Of a stretch of DNA of 64,000 bases, positions 38,656 through 47,628 are shown one piece after another (position 1 is the stretch's first letter; every line of letters starts with the position of its first letter). A model generated the notes under the pieces. The model worked only from the letters and a program-made list of their open reading frames with translations. It searched no databases and was not told the origin of the DNA. Origin of the DNA: Treponemataceae bacterium (GTDB lineage: Bacteria; Spirochaetota; Spirochaetia; Treponematales; Rectinemataceae); contig CAXXGJ010000018.1 of the NCBI GenBank assembly GCA_963677895.2, positions 288,001 through 352,000 on the forward strand, in the 5' to 3' direction. The position numbers were made by a program, and so were the translations under genes.

Positions 38656-40536
38656 ATGATGTTCAGCCCGAGACAGACAGCCATCCTGCGCATGGTCCAT
38701 AAGTGCGGAAGCCTCTCCATAGCCAAGCTCTCCGAGGCATTTCCCGTGAGCCGCGAAACCTTGAGAAAGGACCTGGTGTTTCTCGAGTCCAATGGCTATA
38801 TAGGCCGAAAGTATGGCCTCGTCGATTTTCTGGACGGAGAACCGGGCAAACAATGGTTGAGCATAGAGCGACGCCTGTCCGCCTCCCAGCGGCGGGATCG
38901 TATCCTGGAACTGGTTCAGGGCCATAAAAACGTCAGGATATCGGCCCTCGCGGCCAGGCTTAAGGTGTCCGGCATCACCGTGCGTTCGGATCTCCTGCAA
39001 TTGGAACGCTCGGGCCTCGTCGTGAGGAAGCACGGATCCGTATCGCCCCTCGCCGGAGCCGAGGATCGCTCGGAGACCGCCTCCTTCAACAACTTCCCGC
39101 CCAAGGTGCGCATCCTGGGCGAGCACGCCCTCCTGCGCATCAGCCCTGGCGATACAATCTACCTCGGCGCCGGCGAAATCGCCCGCTATATCGCCACTTC
39201 CTTGCCTTCCGACGCCAATATCACCGTCGTGTCGGACGACCTTGATATCCTTTCCCTGCTGCGCAGGAGGCGATACGCTTCCCCGATCCACGTTCTTCCC
39301 GGCAGGCTTCGGTTCGACTCGCCGACCATCGTCGTGGAGCATGCGCAGGGCGTCTTCGCCAGACTGATCATCGGCAAAGCCTTCCTCATGATCTCCTCCT
39401 ACGCGGACGGGACGTACTACATGGAAAGCCCGGAGGCCGTAGCCAACGCGGTCGAGGCGAGCAGGAACGCGGCGGCGCTCTACTTCATCCTCGAATCGGT
39501 CATGCTGGACAAACGCGGTAATTTCCCCTTCCCCTATCGCGATTTCCGCGAAAAAGTACAGGAAATCCTCATCGACGACAGCGTGGACCAATCGGTGGTC
39601 AACTACCTTTTCCCCCGGCGGGATCCCGTGGTCGTCCAAGGCGCCGACTTTTCCTTCAAACGCGGTCGAAGGCAGAAATTCAGGATCGGCTTCCTTGTCG
39701 ACCGGGATAGGGGATTCTTCATACAGGAAGTCTACAACAGCGTCCTGGACTCGGTCGCCGAGCACGACAACCTGTCACTGGAGATCCGCGAAACGGAGAG
39801 AGGCTTCTATTCGACGGTAAGAAATATAGACATGCTGCTGAACCAGCGCCCCGACCTTATAATCAACTTCAGCCTCTGCGCCGAGTCCCTTTCCTATATC
39901 GGAGACAAATGCAAGGTTCGCGGAATAAAACTTATGACCATCGACCTTCAGGACCGCGCCTCCGTCTATTTCGGCGCCGACAACGCTCTGGCCGGCGCCT
40001 TGGCGGCGAACCATACGATCCAGTATATCCAGCAGCATTGGAGAGGACGTCTCGACCATATCGTCGCCTTTGCCCGACGCGGCATCGATCCCGTCACCAA
40101 CCTGCGCGTAATGAGCGTGGTCGAAAGAATCCAGGCGGAGATATGCTGCTCCTCGCCCGAGCCCGAGGTCATCGAGTGGGACACTCCCAACGAGGCGCCC
40201 AAGGAGGCGCTCCTGAAGTTCCTGCTCGGCGTCCCCAAGAACGACAAGATACTTTTCATCACCTTCAATCTTCCCCATATACTGGGAAGCTATGAACTGA
40301 TAACCCAGTACAGGGACGCGCGGGATACGCTCATCGTAGGCCAGAATTTCAACGAACAGGTTCAGGAACTCATGCGGAAGCCCGATTCTCCAATCCTCGG
40401 CTGCGTATCCTACAGCCCCGAGAATTATGGGGCCCGAGTCATCGATATCGCCCTCCGCATGTTGAATGAAGAACCTGTCGACCCGGTGAACTACACGACC
40501 CACACATGGATTTCCAAGGAATCGGTGCTCAAGTAG
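38656..40536 (+). CDS. Fusion regulator: two DeoR HTH + DeoR C-terminal + periplasmic-binding-protein-like domain
   Basis: VSRETLRKDL and VSGITVRSDL HTHs; GDTIYLGAG DeoRC; YFGADN PBP domain. Confidence 0.88.
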   Translation: MMFSPRQTAILRMVHKCGSLSIAKLSEAFPVSRETLRKDLVFLESNGYIGRKYGLVDFLDGEPGKQWLSIERRLSASQRRDRILELVQGHKNVRISALAARLKVSGITVRSDLLQLERSGLVVRKHGSVSPLAGAEDRSETASFNNFPPKVRILGEHALLRISPGDTIYLGAGEIARYIATSLPSDANITVVSDDLDILSLLRRRRYASPIHVLPGRLRFDSPTIVVEHAQGVFARLIIGKAFLMISSYADGTYYMESPEAVANAVEASRNAAALYFILESVMLDKRGNFPFPYRDFREKVQEILIDDSVDQSVVNYLFPRRDPVVVQGADFSFKRGRRQKFRIGFLVDRDRGFFIQEVYNSVLDSVAEHDNLSLEIRETERGFYSTVRNIDMLLNQRPDLIINFSLCAESLSYIGDKCKVRGIKLMTIDLQDRASVYFGADNALAGALAANHTIQYIQQHWRGRLDHIVAFARRGIDPVTNLRVMSVVERIQAEICCSSPEPEVIEWDTPNEAPKEALLKFLLGVPKNDKILFITFNLPHILGSYELITQYRDARDTLIVGQNFNEQVQELMRKPDSPILGCVSYSPENYGARVIDIALRMLNEEPVDPVNYTTHTWISKESVLK

Positions 40537-40573
40537 TTCCAAGCTGAAGGGAATCACCGTATTCGCAGATAAA

Positions 40574-40620
40574 AAAAATTCCTGTAAATCTTTAAAAATA
40601 AAAGACTTACAGGAATTTTT
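40574..40620. terminator. 20-bp-arm inverted repeat between converging DeoR gene and tRNA
   Basis: aaaaattcctgtaaatcttt...aaagacttacaggaattttt (1 mismatch). Confidence 0.7.
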
Positions 40621-40624
40621 CGTG

Positions 40625-40697
40625 TGGAGAATAGGGGATTCGAACCCCTGACCTATAGATTGCGAACCTATCGCTCTACCAACTGAGCTAATTCCCC
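40625..40697 (-). tRNA. tRNA-Ala(CGC)
   Basis: GGGGAATTAGCTCAGTTGGTAGAGCGATAGGTTCGCAATCTATAGGTCAGGGGTTCGAATCCCCTATTCTCCA; G3:U70 pair; CCA not encoded. Confidence 0.97.
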
Positions 40698-40829
40698 AGA
40701 ACGAAGCGCCGGAAAGATGTCTATCGGCAAATTCCCGGATCGAAGCCACTATAATATACAGCTGGACGATTGATCAAGAGCTTTTTCTAGAACAGCGTCC
40801 CCCGGAGCCGCTCGTAACGTTCAATTAAT

Positions 40830-41297
40830 CTAAATCCTGTATTTTTTCGTCAGCCCTGCCAGGAAATTCCGCAGAAACTGGTCGCCGCAAAGGCGAAAAT
40901 TTTCCTGGTCCTTTTTCCTGAACAGCGCGTTGATTTCGGATTTGGATGCCTCGACATCGGCCAGACGCAATATGGCCACAATATCGTCGTCCCGCAGCTG
41001 GAGGGCGATGCGGATCGCCTTCAGCACATCGTTGTTCGTCGGGTTCCTCATCCATTCCTGACTCGCCGGCGCCGCGCCTTCCTTCCGGCCGCGCCTGCTC
41101 GTCACAAGACCATCGAGAAAAGCCCCGAGGGTAGGGCCATCGCACTCGTGAAATCCCTCATCTTCTTCCTTGAGGAAAAACGGGCGAAGTTCTTCCGCCG
41201 ACATGGGTTTCCCGGCGAGGGTGAAAAGTTCCACGAGCTTGTGGTCAGTAATATTGAGGGCATATCGCAGCCGTATCAGGATATCGTTGTTGATCAT
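40830..41297 (-). CDS. DUF1456 (YehS-like) protein
   Basis: NNDILIRLRYAL, NNDVLKAIRIAL, CGDQFLRNFL. Confidence 0.88.
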   Translation of the reverse strand: MINNDILIRLRYALNITDHKLVELFTLAGKPMSAEELRPFFLKEEDEGFHECDGPTLGAFLDGLVTSRRGRKEGAAPASQEWMRNPTNNDVLKAIRIALQLRDDDIVAILRLADVEASKSEINALFRKKDQENFRLCGDQFLRNFLAGLTKKYRI

Positions 41298-41506
41298 GCC
41301 CTGAATCATGAACCACTTTTCCGTTCTTGCGCAAGTCAGCGTTTTCTGGTGGCTCTCCTCAGATTATGCTATCGATATAGTCCATCAATCCCGCTTCATC
41401 GCGTATGTCATCCCAAGTTCCACGCGTCCTTGTCGAGAACTCCCGTCCAGAATGAATAGATGCACGTCGCTTTTAGGAGCAGTAAATTGGTTTTTGAACA
41501 TTTCGT

Positions 41507-41535
41507 TTGACAGTGGATAGAATAGGATTTACAAT
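41507..41535 (+). promoter_or_regulatory. sigma70 promoter of RraA-tct operon
   Basis: TTGACA-17 nt-TACAAT. Confidence 0.7.
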
Positions 41536-41591
41536 TGGATATCACTTATAAGAAACCGTGTACTCCAATAGAGAACACTACGGGAGGAAGA

Positions 41592-42422
41592 ATGGAACCT
41601 GAGAGTTGCTCAAGGGCGAATGCAGAGATAGCAGCACTCCGCGCGCAACGCGATGTCGATTATGAGGAGTATGAGAAAGCAGGGCGAATTTGGGGTTTGG
41701 TTCCTCGAGAAAGGATCACGAGGATAAAATTCCAGCGCGTCAGTAAAGAGATCGTCAACGGATTCTTGGCTATGGAGGATATGACGACAACTGTCTCGGA
41801 TGTTCTCGATTCGATGGGCATTTTTGGCTCCATACCGGCATCCTATATAAAGCCTGTCATCTCTGGTTCCAAGCTTGTCGGCCCCGCGGTCACTATCCGG
41901 AATCTTCCCGTCCGAAAGACGCCGACCCAAGGCGCCATCGATCGGGATTTCATCCAAATGTCGACGAGGGATATTTACTATTTAGGCGAACCCGGTGATG
42001 TTCTTGTTTCTGACTTCGGCGGCAACCTCGATGTCTCGAATATGGGTGGCCAAAGCTGTACGGTCGGGAAGAGTTGCGGTTTTGCGGGTAACATCGTCAA
42101 TGGCAGTGCGCGCGATATAAGTAGCATTCGCGATATGGGGTATCCAGTCTTCAGCGTCGGTTTGACTCCTCTCACTGGCAAATTCCGTATGGAATGCGTC
42201 GAGATGAATGGTCCGGTCACGCTTTGCGGTCGGCTCGTCGCCCCCGGAGACCTCATGGTTGCCGACGATTCTGGTGTTTGCATCGTGCCATATGAGAAGG
42301 CTGCGGAAGTATTGGTTAAATGCCAGGCGATAGCCGAAGAAGAGGAGCGGATGCGCAAATTGATCGTATCCAAGGCTCCAATCAACGAACTGAGGCTTTT
42401 ATTCCGAAAAAGATACAAATAG
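41592..42422 (+). CDS. RraA family aldolase/decarboxylase-like protein with N-terminal extension
   Basis: VSDVLD, GPAVT, PGDVLV, NGSARD, PGDLMVADDSG. Confidence 0.85.
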   Translation: MEPESCSRANAEIAALRAQRDVDYEEYEKAGRIWGLVPRERITRIKFQRVSKEIVNGFLAMEDMTTTVSDVLDSMGIFGSIPASYIKPVISGSKLVGPAVTIRNLPVRKTPTQGAIDRDFIQMSTRDIYYLGEPGDVLVSDFGGNLDVSNMGGQSCTVGKSCGFAGNIVNGSARDISSIRDMGYPVFSVGLTPLTGKFRMECVEMNGPVTLCGRLVAPGDLMVADDSGVCIVPYEKAAEVLVKCQAIAEEEERMRKLIVSKAPINELRLLFRKRYK

Positions 42423-42493
42423 GCGAATTTTGTAGGCGGCTATGCGCAGGCGATGCCTGTGATAATATCTCTTCACGAATGGAGGCAGTAAGT

Positions 42494-43462
42494 ATGAAGC
42501 GTATTTTGTCTTTAGTTTTCATCGCTATGATTGTCACGATGTTAGGATTCTCACAGGCTATCCAAGGCAATTTCTCATTCAAGTCCCCAATCACGGTAAT
42601 CATTCCTTTCAAGGCGGGGAGTACCACTGACCTCCAGGTTCGCTTCATGCAAAAGGCTCTCGAGAAGAATTTGGGCGTAAATCTAGTTATTGTGAATGAA
42701 GACGGCGGCTCGGGTATAATTGGAACCACTACATATATCAACGACTATAAAGCCGATGGATATTCGATCCTGTACGCATTGGCTACGCCTGTAGTGTATA
42801 AGCCGCTGACAGGAGACACGAAGTATTCCTATGATGCCGATCTCCAGGCTGTCTCACGCACAATGTCGTCACCGATGTATCTGGTAGTTCGGGATAATTA
42901 CGACAAGTCGGCACAGGAATTGATTCAGTACATCAAGAGTAAGCCGGGCGCGTTCAAGTATGCGCACGTCGGAACCGGGGGCAATGGTCATCTGGCTTTC
43001 GCTTCATTCCTGAGCGGCCAAGCTATGAAGGCAGTGGCGGTTCCCTATTCCGGCGGAACGGCCGATTGCTATGCTGCGACAATGGGCAAACAAACAGACG
43101 CCTATGTCTGCGGCGAAGCTGATGTAGCAGGACGTCAGGGTGTAAAAGCGCTCATCAATCTTGGCAGTGAGTCTGATAACGCCAAATTCAAAGACGTACC
43201 CACCTTGGCGTCCCTCGGATACCAAGGATATGAAACAAACAATCTTGCCGGATTCTATTATAAGAAGGGAGTTGATAAACGTATAGTCGACACCTTCGAT
43301 GCCGCCGTGAAGGCCGTACTCAAGGATCCTGCCTTGCAGGCACAGGCATTGAAGGCAGGTTTCACCTTCATCTACGATAACGCCGCTGCCTTCGACATGC
43401 AGATACGAGATACTATAGAAAAGGCCATACCAGCAATGAAGGAACTCGGGTTCAAGAAATAG
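42494..43462 (+). CDS. tctC: Tripartite tricarboxylate transporter binding protein
   Basis: IIPFKAGSTTD, GGSG, ADGY, VPYSGG, VPTL. Confidence 0.88.
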   Translation: MKRILSLVFIAMIVTMLGFSQAIQGNFSFKSPITVIIPFKAGSTTDLQVRFMQKALEKNLGVNLVIVNEDGGSGIIGTTTYINDYKADGYSILYALATPVVYKPLTGDTKYSYDADLQAVSRTMSSPMYLVVRDNYDKSAQELIQYIKSKPGAFKYAHVGTGGNGHLAFASFLSGQAMKAVAVPYSGGTADCYAATMGKQTDAYVCGEADVAGRQGVKALINLGSESDNAKFKDVPTLASLGYQGYETNNLAGFYYKKGVDKRIVDTFDAAVKAVLKDPALQAQALKAGFTFIYDNAAAFDMQIRDTIEKAIPAMKELGFKK

Positions 43463-43527
43463 ATTCTGATCTATCACAAACGAGGGGGGCCTAATCCCTC
43501 CTCGTTTTATCTGGAGGGACTTCGTTC

Positions 43528-43986
43528 ATGAACAAGAAAGACTTCATTACTTACAGCTTCTGGGGAGGGTTATTCCTCCTTGTCATGTTGTGGTGCAAGG
43601 CTTTGCCTGAATCGGTAGCATACTGGCCTCGGCTAATTAGCATCATCGGATTGTCGCTCTCTGCTATCGGGATTATTCGATGCGGGATCGCCTGGTTCAA
43701 GGAAAGAAACAAAGTCCGAGAAAAAATCTTTGTACTCGGCAAGGTTCAGACGAAACATGCTGCAGTCCTGCTCACTTTAATGATTGTATGGATTGCGTCC
43801 ATGAAAATCCTCGGTTTTTTGGTATCATCAGCCATAGTAGTGAATCTGATCGTGGTGTACTTCGAGGCGGCCAAAACTCGGAGGAAGCTGCTCTTGGATT
43901 TTGGTGTGACCTCGGTCCTGGTGATCGGCATGTATTTCCTCTTTGTCGCTCTAGGCGTTCGTTTCCCCCTAGGGATCTTGGGATGA
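43528..43986 (+). CDS. tctB: Tripartite tricarboxylate transporter small subunit
   Basis: TM protein ending LGVRFPLG, between tctC and tctA. Confidence 0.82.
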   Translation: MNKKDFITYSFWGGLFLLVMLWCKALPESVAYWPRLISIIGLSLSAIGIIRCGIAWFKERNKVREKIFVLGKVQTKHAAVLLTLMIVWIASMKILGFLVSSAIVVNLIVVYFEAAKTRRKLLLDFGVTSVLVIGMYFLFVALGVRFPLGILG

Positions 43987-44008
43987 CCGATCAAAGGAGC
44001 TATCAATA

Positions 44009-45514
44009 ATGAGCAATTTTATTCACTTAATCATGGCGACGCTTTCTTTCGCCAACCTGGCGATCGTGCTACTCGGAACGATTGTCGGTATAGTCGTTGG
44101 AGCCCTTCCTGGCTTTACCGCGACAATGGCTATCGCCATTTTAATTCCGATCACATATACATGGGACGCAACAATGGCGCTGATTTTCCTTGGTGCCATC
44201 TACTGTGGCTCGATGTATGGCGGATCAATTACCGCAATCCTCATCAACACTCCAGGAACCGCAGCCGCAGCTGCGACAACAATCGACGGCTTCGCGCTAA
44301 CGAAAAAGGGTAGGGCCCACGAGGCTTTAACGCAGGCTGCGGTCGCTTCGTTCTGGGGAAATATGCTCAGTGTTGTCGTACTTCTGTTCTTCGCCCCGTC
44401 CCTCGCGAAATGGGCTTTCAGTTTTGGAGCTCAGGAGCGTTTCCTCCTTGCGCTTTTTGGCTTGGCCATCATAGCATCGCTCTCTACGAAGAACATGCTT
44501 AAGGGCTTAATAATGGGATGCTTCGGACTGCTCATCGCGACTATGGGCATGGATCCCATAATGGGAAAGGCACGATTCACTTTTGGCTCGACATATCTTC
44601 TCGGCGGCATTAATCTGATCCCTGCTGTAATCGGGCTTTTCAGTATTACTCAAGTGTTCACCTCGGTTAACGATAGCTCTGAGGTTCTCCATAAGGAAAA
44701 TATTACCGAGTTCAAGAAGTCCAAGACTAACCTTAAGGATTTATTCAGGTATCCGGCAACTTATATTCGTGCTTCAATTATTGGCATCATCATTGGTATA
44801 ATCCCCGGCACAGGCGGAGACGTTGCATCTTACCTGTCGCATAACATCGGCAAGATGTTCTCCAAGGACAAGGAATATGGGAACGGCTCTCCGGAAGGCG
44901 TCGCTGCTTGCGAGGCTGCGAACAACGCGGTTGTCGGAGGCACTTTGATACCGACACTTACTCTGGGAATACCAGGCAATGCTACAACAGCTATCCTCAT
45001 GGGAGGATTGACCTTACATGGCCTTACCCCCGGCTATACATTATTCACATCCAATGCGGATACTATCTTCCCATTCATTTTCTCTTTGTTCATAGCGACT
45101 ATTCTCTTTCTCATTATTGGCCTCAAAGGTGCGAAGTACTTTGCGCTTGCAACTCTCACTCCTCGTAACTTACTTGCAGGTACGGTTCTCCTGCTAAGCA
45201 CAATCGGAAGTTATGCGATGAGGGGTAATATCATCGATGTCGTTGTTATGCTGGTATTCGGCGTTCTGGGCTATGTGCTAAAGCTCTATAAGTACAGCAT
45301 CGTACCGATCGTTCTTGGCATGATCCTTGGTCGAATGGCCGAGGAGTCACTCCAACAGGCATTGCTCCTTAATGATGACTCACTCGCCGCCGTTTTCAGA
45401 AGTTTCCTCGGAAGGCCGATATGTATTGTATTGGCAATCTTCATTCTCTTATCTGTAGCCTATCCGATCTATACGGAGAAAAAGAAAAAAAGTGTCATAG
45501 AGGAGAGCACCTAA
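44009..45514 (+). CDS. tctA: Tripartite tricarboxylate transporter large subunit
   Basis: GALPG, YGGSITAILINTPG, EAANNA, LTLGIPG. Confidence 0.93.
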   Translation: MSNFIHLIMATLSFANLAIVLLGTIVGIVVGALPGFTATMAIAILIPITYTWDATMALIFLGAIYCGSMYGGSITAILINTPGTAAAAATTIDGFALTKKGRAHEALTQAAVASFWGNMLSVVVLLFFAPSLAKWAFSFGAQERFLLALFGLAIIASLSTKNMLKGLIMGCFGLLIATMGMDPIMGKARFTFGSTYLLGGINLIPAVIGLFSITQVFTSVNDSSEVLHKENITEFKKSKTNLKDLFRYPATYIRASIIGIIIGIIPGTGGDVASYLSHNIGKMFSKDKEYGNGSPEGVAACEAANNAVVGGTLIPTLTLGIPGNATTAILMGGLTLHGLTPGYTLFTSNADTIFPFIFSLFIATILFLIIGLKGAKYFALATLTPRNLLAGTVLLLSTIGSYAMRGNIIDVVVMLVFGVLGYVLKLYKYSIVPIVLGMILGRMAEESLQQALLLNDDSLAAVFRSFLGRPICIVLAIFILLSVAYPIYTEKKKKSVIEEST

Positions 45515-45541
45515 CAGCCACCACTGGATATTATTATATCT

Positions 45542-46309
45542 CTAGTATTTTAAGCTGAACGTCGCGCCTTCGACAGAAAGATCCTTGCTCATTGTGTTGG
45601 CCGTTTCGACTAGAAGAGCTGAGTACAGCTTAATCTTTGCCTGGTCTATTCGGATTTTTGGCGCACCGATTGAAATTGCAGCCCAGACCTTCCCATTGGG
45701 ATCGCGTATCGGGGCGCCAATGCCGAAAGCTTCAGATGCGTACTCCTCGTCACTGATCGCGTACCCACGCTCGCGCACTTTTGCGAGATCTTCGAGGATC
45801 TTGTCCAGTGATGTAATCGTCTTCTTCGTAAGAGCGCGAATCGGCTCTCGAGAATACCATTCCTTGATTACTTCTACGTTTTCGTATGCTGCCAGAGTCT
45901 TTCCGATCGCGCTTGCGTAGAAGGGTCTTGGATCTCCTATTTTTCCCGTTATACGAACTACTTGGTGACTCTCTGCCCGACAGACGATAGTCGCCACATC
46001 ACCGACCATCATTCCTAGATTGACATTCTCATTAACGGCATCACGTAGGCGCTCCATATATGGCTTTGCGTAATGTGTTATTCCAATTTGCTCTTCATAC
46101 GTCTTGCCGATTAAATAGACCGCTAAGCCAAGCGTATATTTATGGCTGGCATTTTGCTTCGCGAAACCATTATTTACTAATACACTTAATAACTTGAATG
46201 TCCCACTTTTCCCGCAGCCGATCCTTTTACCCAGCTCAGTTACACCATATTCATAGGGCGATTGCGATAGGATTTTTAGCAGGGCTATCACCTTTTCTTG
46301 CGAATTCAT
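45542..46309 (-). CDS. IclR family regulator
   Basis: GVTELG..KSGTFKLL HTH; ASAIGK; RERGYAISDEE; GAPI. Confidence 0.93.
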   Translation of the reverse strand: MNSQEKVIALLKILSQSPYEYGVTELGKRIGCGKSGTFKLLSVLVNNGFAKQNASHKYTLGLAVYLIGKTYEEQIGITHYAKPYMERLRDAVNENVNLGMMVGDVATIVCRAESHQVVRITGKIGDPRPFYASAIGKTLAAYENVEVIKEWYSREPIRALTKKTITSLDKILEDLAKVRERGYAISDEEYASEAFGIGAPIRDPNGKVWAAISIGAPKIRIDQAKIKLYSALLVETANTMSKDLSVEGATFSLKY

Positions 46310-46470
46310 AGCTCCTCCCAATTTCATATTGCTATTGTTACTTTTATGATTGGTAGAACATAGCATAGGCGTAAAACTACCTCAAGGAAACTAGTCCTTA
46401 TAAAAAGGTATCGGTCACAGCATTCGTACCTCCTCGTTCATTATACATGGTATGAGCGTGGAGAGGGTCA

Positions 46471-46641
46471 TTATGCTTCATCTTCGTTTTTAGCTTTTAT
46501 AGACCGAACCATCGTATACTTGCCTTTTGTTTCTTTCCAGAGCTGGGCATAGAAGATCACGTTGCGGTTTTGGATGGAAAAAGGCTGTCTCCGGTCTACA
46601 AACACCTTCCCGCGACGAAGAATCTCATGCTTTCGTCTCAT
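46471..46641 (-). pseudogene. Probable truncated tyrosine-integrase N-terminus (56 aa)
   Basis: MRRKHEILRRGKVFVDRRQPFSIQNRNVIFYAQLWKETKGKYTMVRSIKAKNEDEA*; resembles integrase N-terminal DNA-binding segments as I recall them; starts 70 bp downstream of the tRNA 3' fragment. Confidence 0.45.
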
Positions 46642-46711
46642 AGTTGGATAAGTGTTTGGATTCCGGATCTCGGATCGCCAAACTATTTCATTATCTCGTA
46701 AAACTTAAAAT

Positions 46712-46756
46712 AGCCGAAGCCGGGAATCGAACCCGGTACCTGCGCATTACGAGTGC
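46712..46756 (-). mobile_element. 3' half of tRNA-Thr(CGT): att-site duplication of an integrative element
   Basis: GCACTCGTAATGCGCAGGTACCGGGTTCGATTCCCGGCTTCGGCT has anticodon loop, T-arm and acceptor 3' strand but no D-arm or 5' half. Confidence 0.88.
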
Positions 46757-46887
46757 ATATTATATTAAGCATGCAGTAGCTTACACAACTATAGTATTTA
46801 CATAAGTCATTTCAGTCAATAGATATAATTTCTATAGCGTTACTTATAATTACTTAGCTTTGCTCTACTAATTATGCAATTCTTGTC

Positions 46888-46911
46888 AACTTTGCTACAA
46901 ACTTTGCTACA
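46888..46911. repeat. Tandem 12-bp direct repeat, candidate integrase arm-type sites
   Basis: aactttgctaca aactttgctaca, about 130 bp inside the att core. Confidence 0.65.
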
Positions 46912-47107
46912 GGATTTTATCCCAGTTTTTAACTGATCAGTTTCATCTTGACTAAGCATCGGAGTCTTTTAGACGAATAATCACCACCTCAAGGCACTAA
47001 TGGCATCTCTCAACATCCTGATTCAGAATAACTAATAGGAAACAAATCTCTGTTTTGGGGAATTTTAGTTTGCAATAAACAGGTAAGATCGAGACTCAAA
47101 TATAAAG

Positions 47108-47145
47108 TGCCAGCAGACGAACTGTTTTCAGCTCATCTGTTGGCA
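47108..47145 (-). terminator. Imperfect hairpin downstream of the aconitase X operon
   Basis: tgccagcagacgaactg-tttt-cagctcatctgttggca. Confidence 0.5.
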
Positions 47146-47214
47146 GATTGATAATGATTAGAAGATAGCTAGTTAAACCAAATTCTGGCATGATGTATAA
47201 CTTTGATAATTCTA

Positions 47215-47628
47215 TTATTTCTTGGTAATTTCTACAATTCCTTTTTCTCCATCAACCTTTACCCAGTCACCAGTTTCAATTACAGCGGTTGGATCCTGAT
47301 CCAGATCAGTTACAGCTGGCACTCTCGTCACGACAGCGCCAAGAGCTATTTTTGTTGTAGTTTCAACATAGACCATTGCCAATGGCGCAACACCATTCAA
47401 TCTCGCTTCATGAAATTGCCCTGACCATCCTGAAGAACCTTTAGCACCATGGTAGACAAGTACTTTCCCCGCAAAGCACTTACCGGCAAGCTCATGACGT
47501 AAATCGATAATAATACCAGTTTTTGGGTCAATACCACCCCAACCAGAAATATAGTCTTTCGTCACAAGTGCTTCACCTTCCACACAGCCGCCGACGACTT
47601 TTCTTCCCTTAAGTATAATCTTGTTCAA
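47215..47628 (-). CDS. Aconitase X small (swivel, DUF126) subunit
   Basis: VEGEALV, ISGWGGIDP, HELAG, AKGSSGWS, TGDWVKVDG; TTG start. Confidence 0.9.
   Translation of the reverse strand: MNKIILKGRKVVGGCVEGEALVTKDYISGWGGIDPKTGIIIDLRHELAGKCFAGKVLVYHGAKGSSGWSGQFHEARLNGVAPLAMVYVETTTKIALGAVVTRVPAVTDLDQDPTAVIETGDWVKVDGEKGIVEITKK

Noticed and set aside
40574..40620. Inverted repeat next to tRNA-Ala as an att site
   Set aside because: No integrase or duplicated tRNA-Ala 3' end seen in the window; a terminator role suffices
46712..46756. Functional tRNA-Thr
   Set aside because: 5' half and D-arm are absent; it is an att duplication
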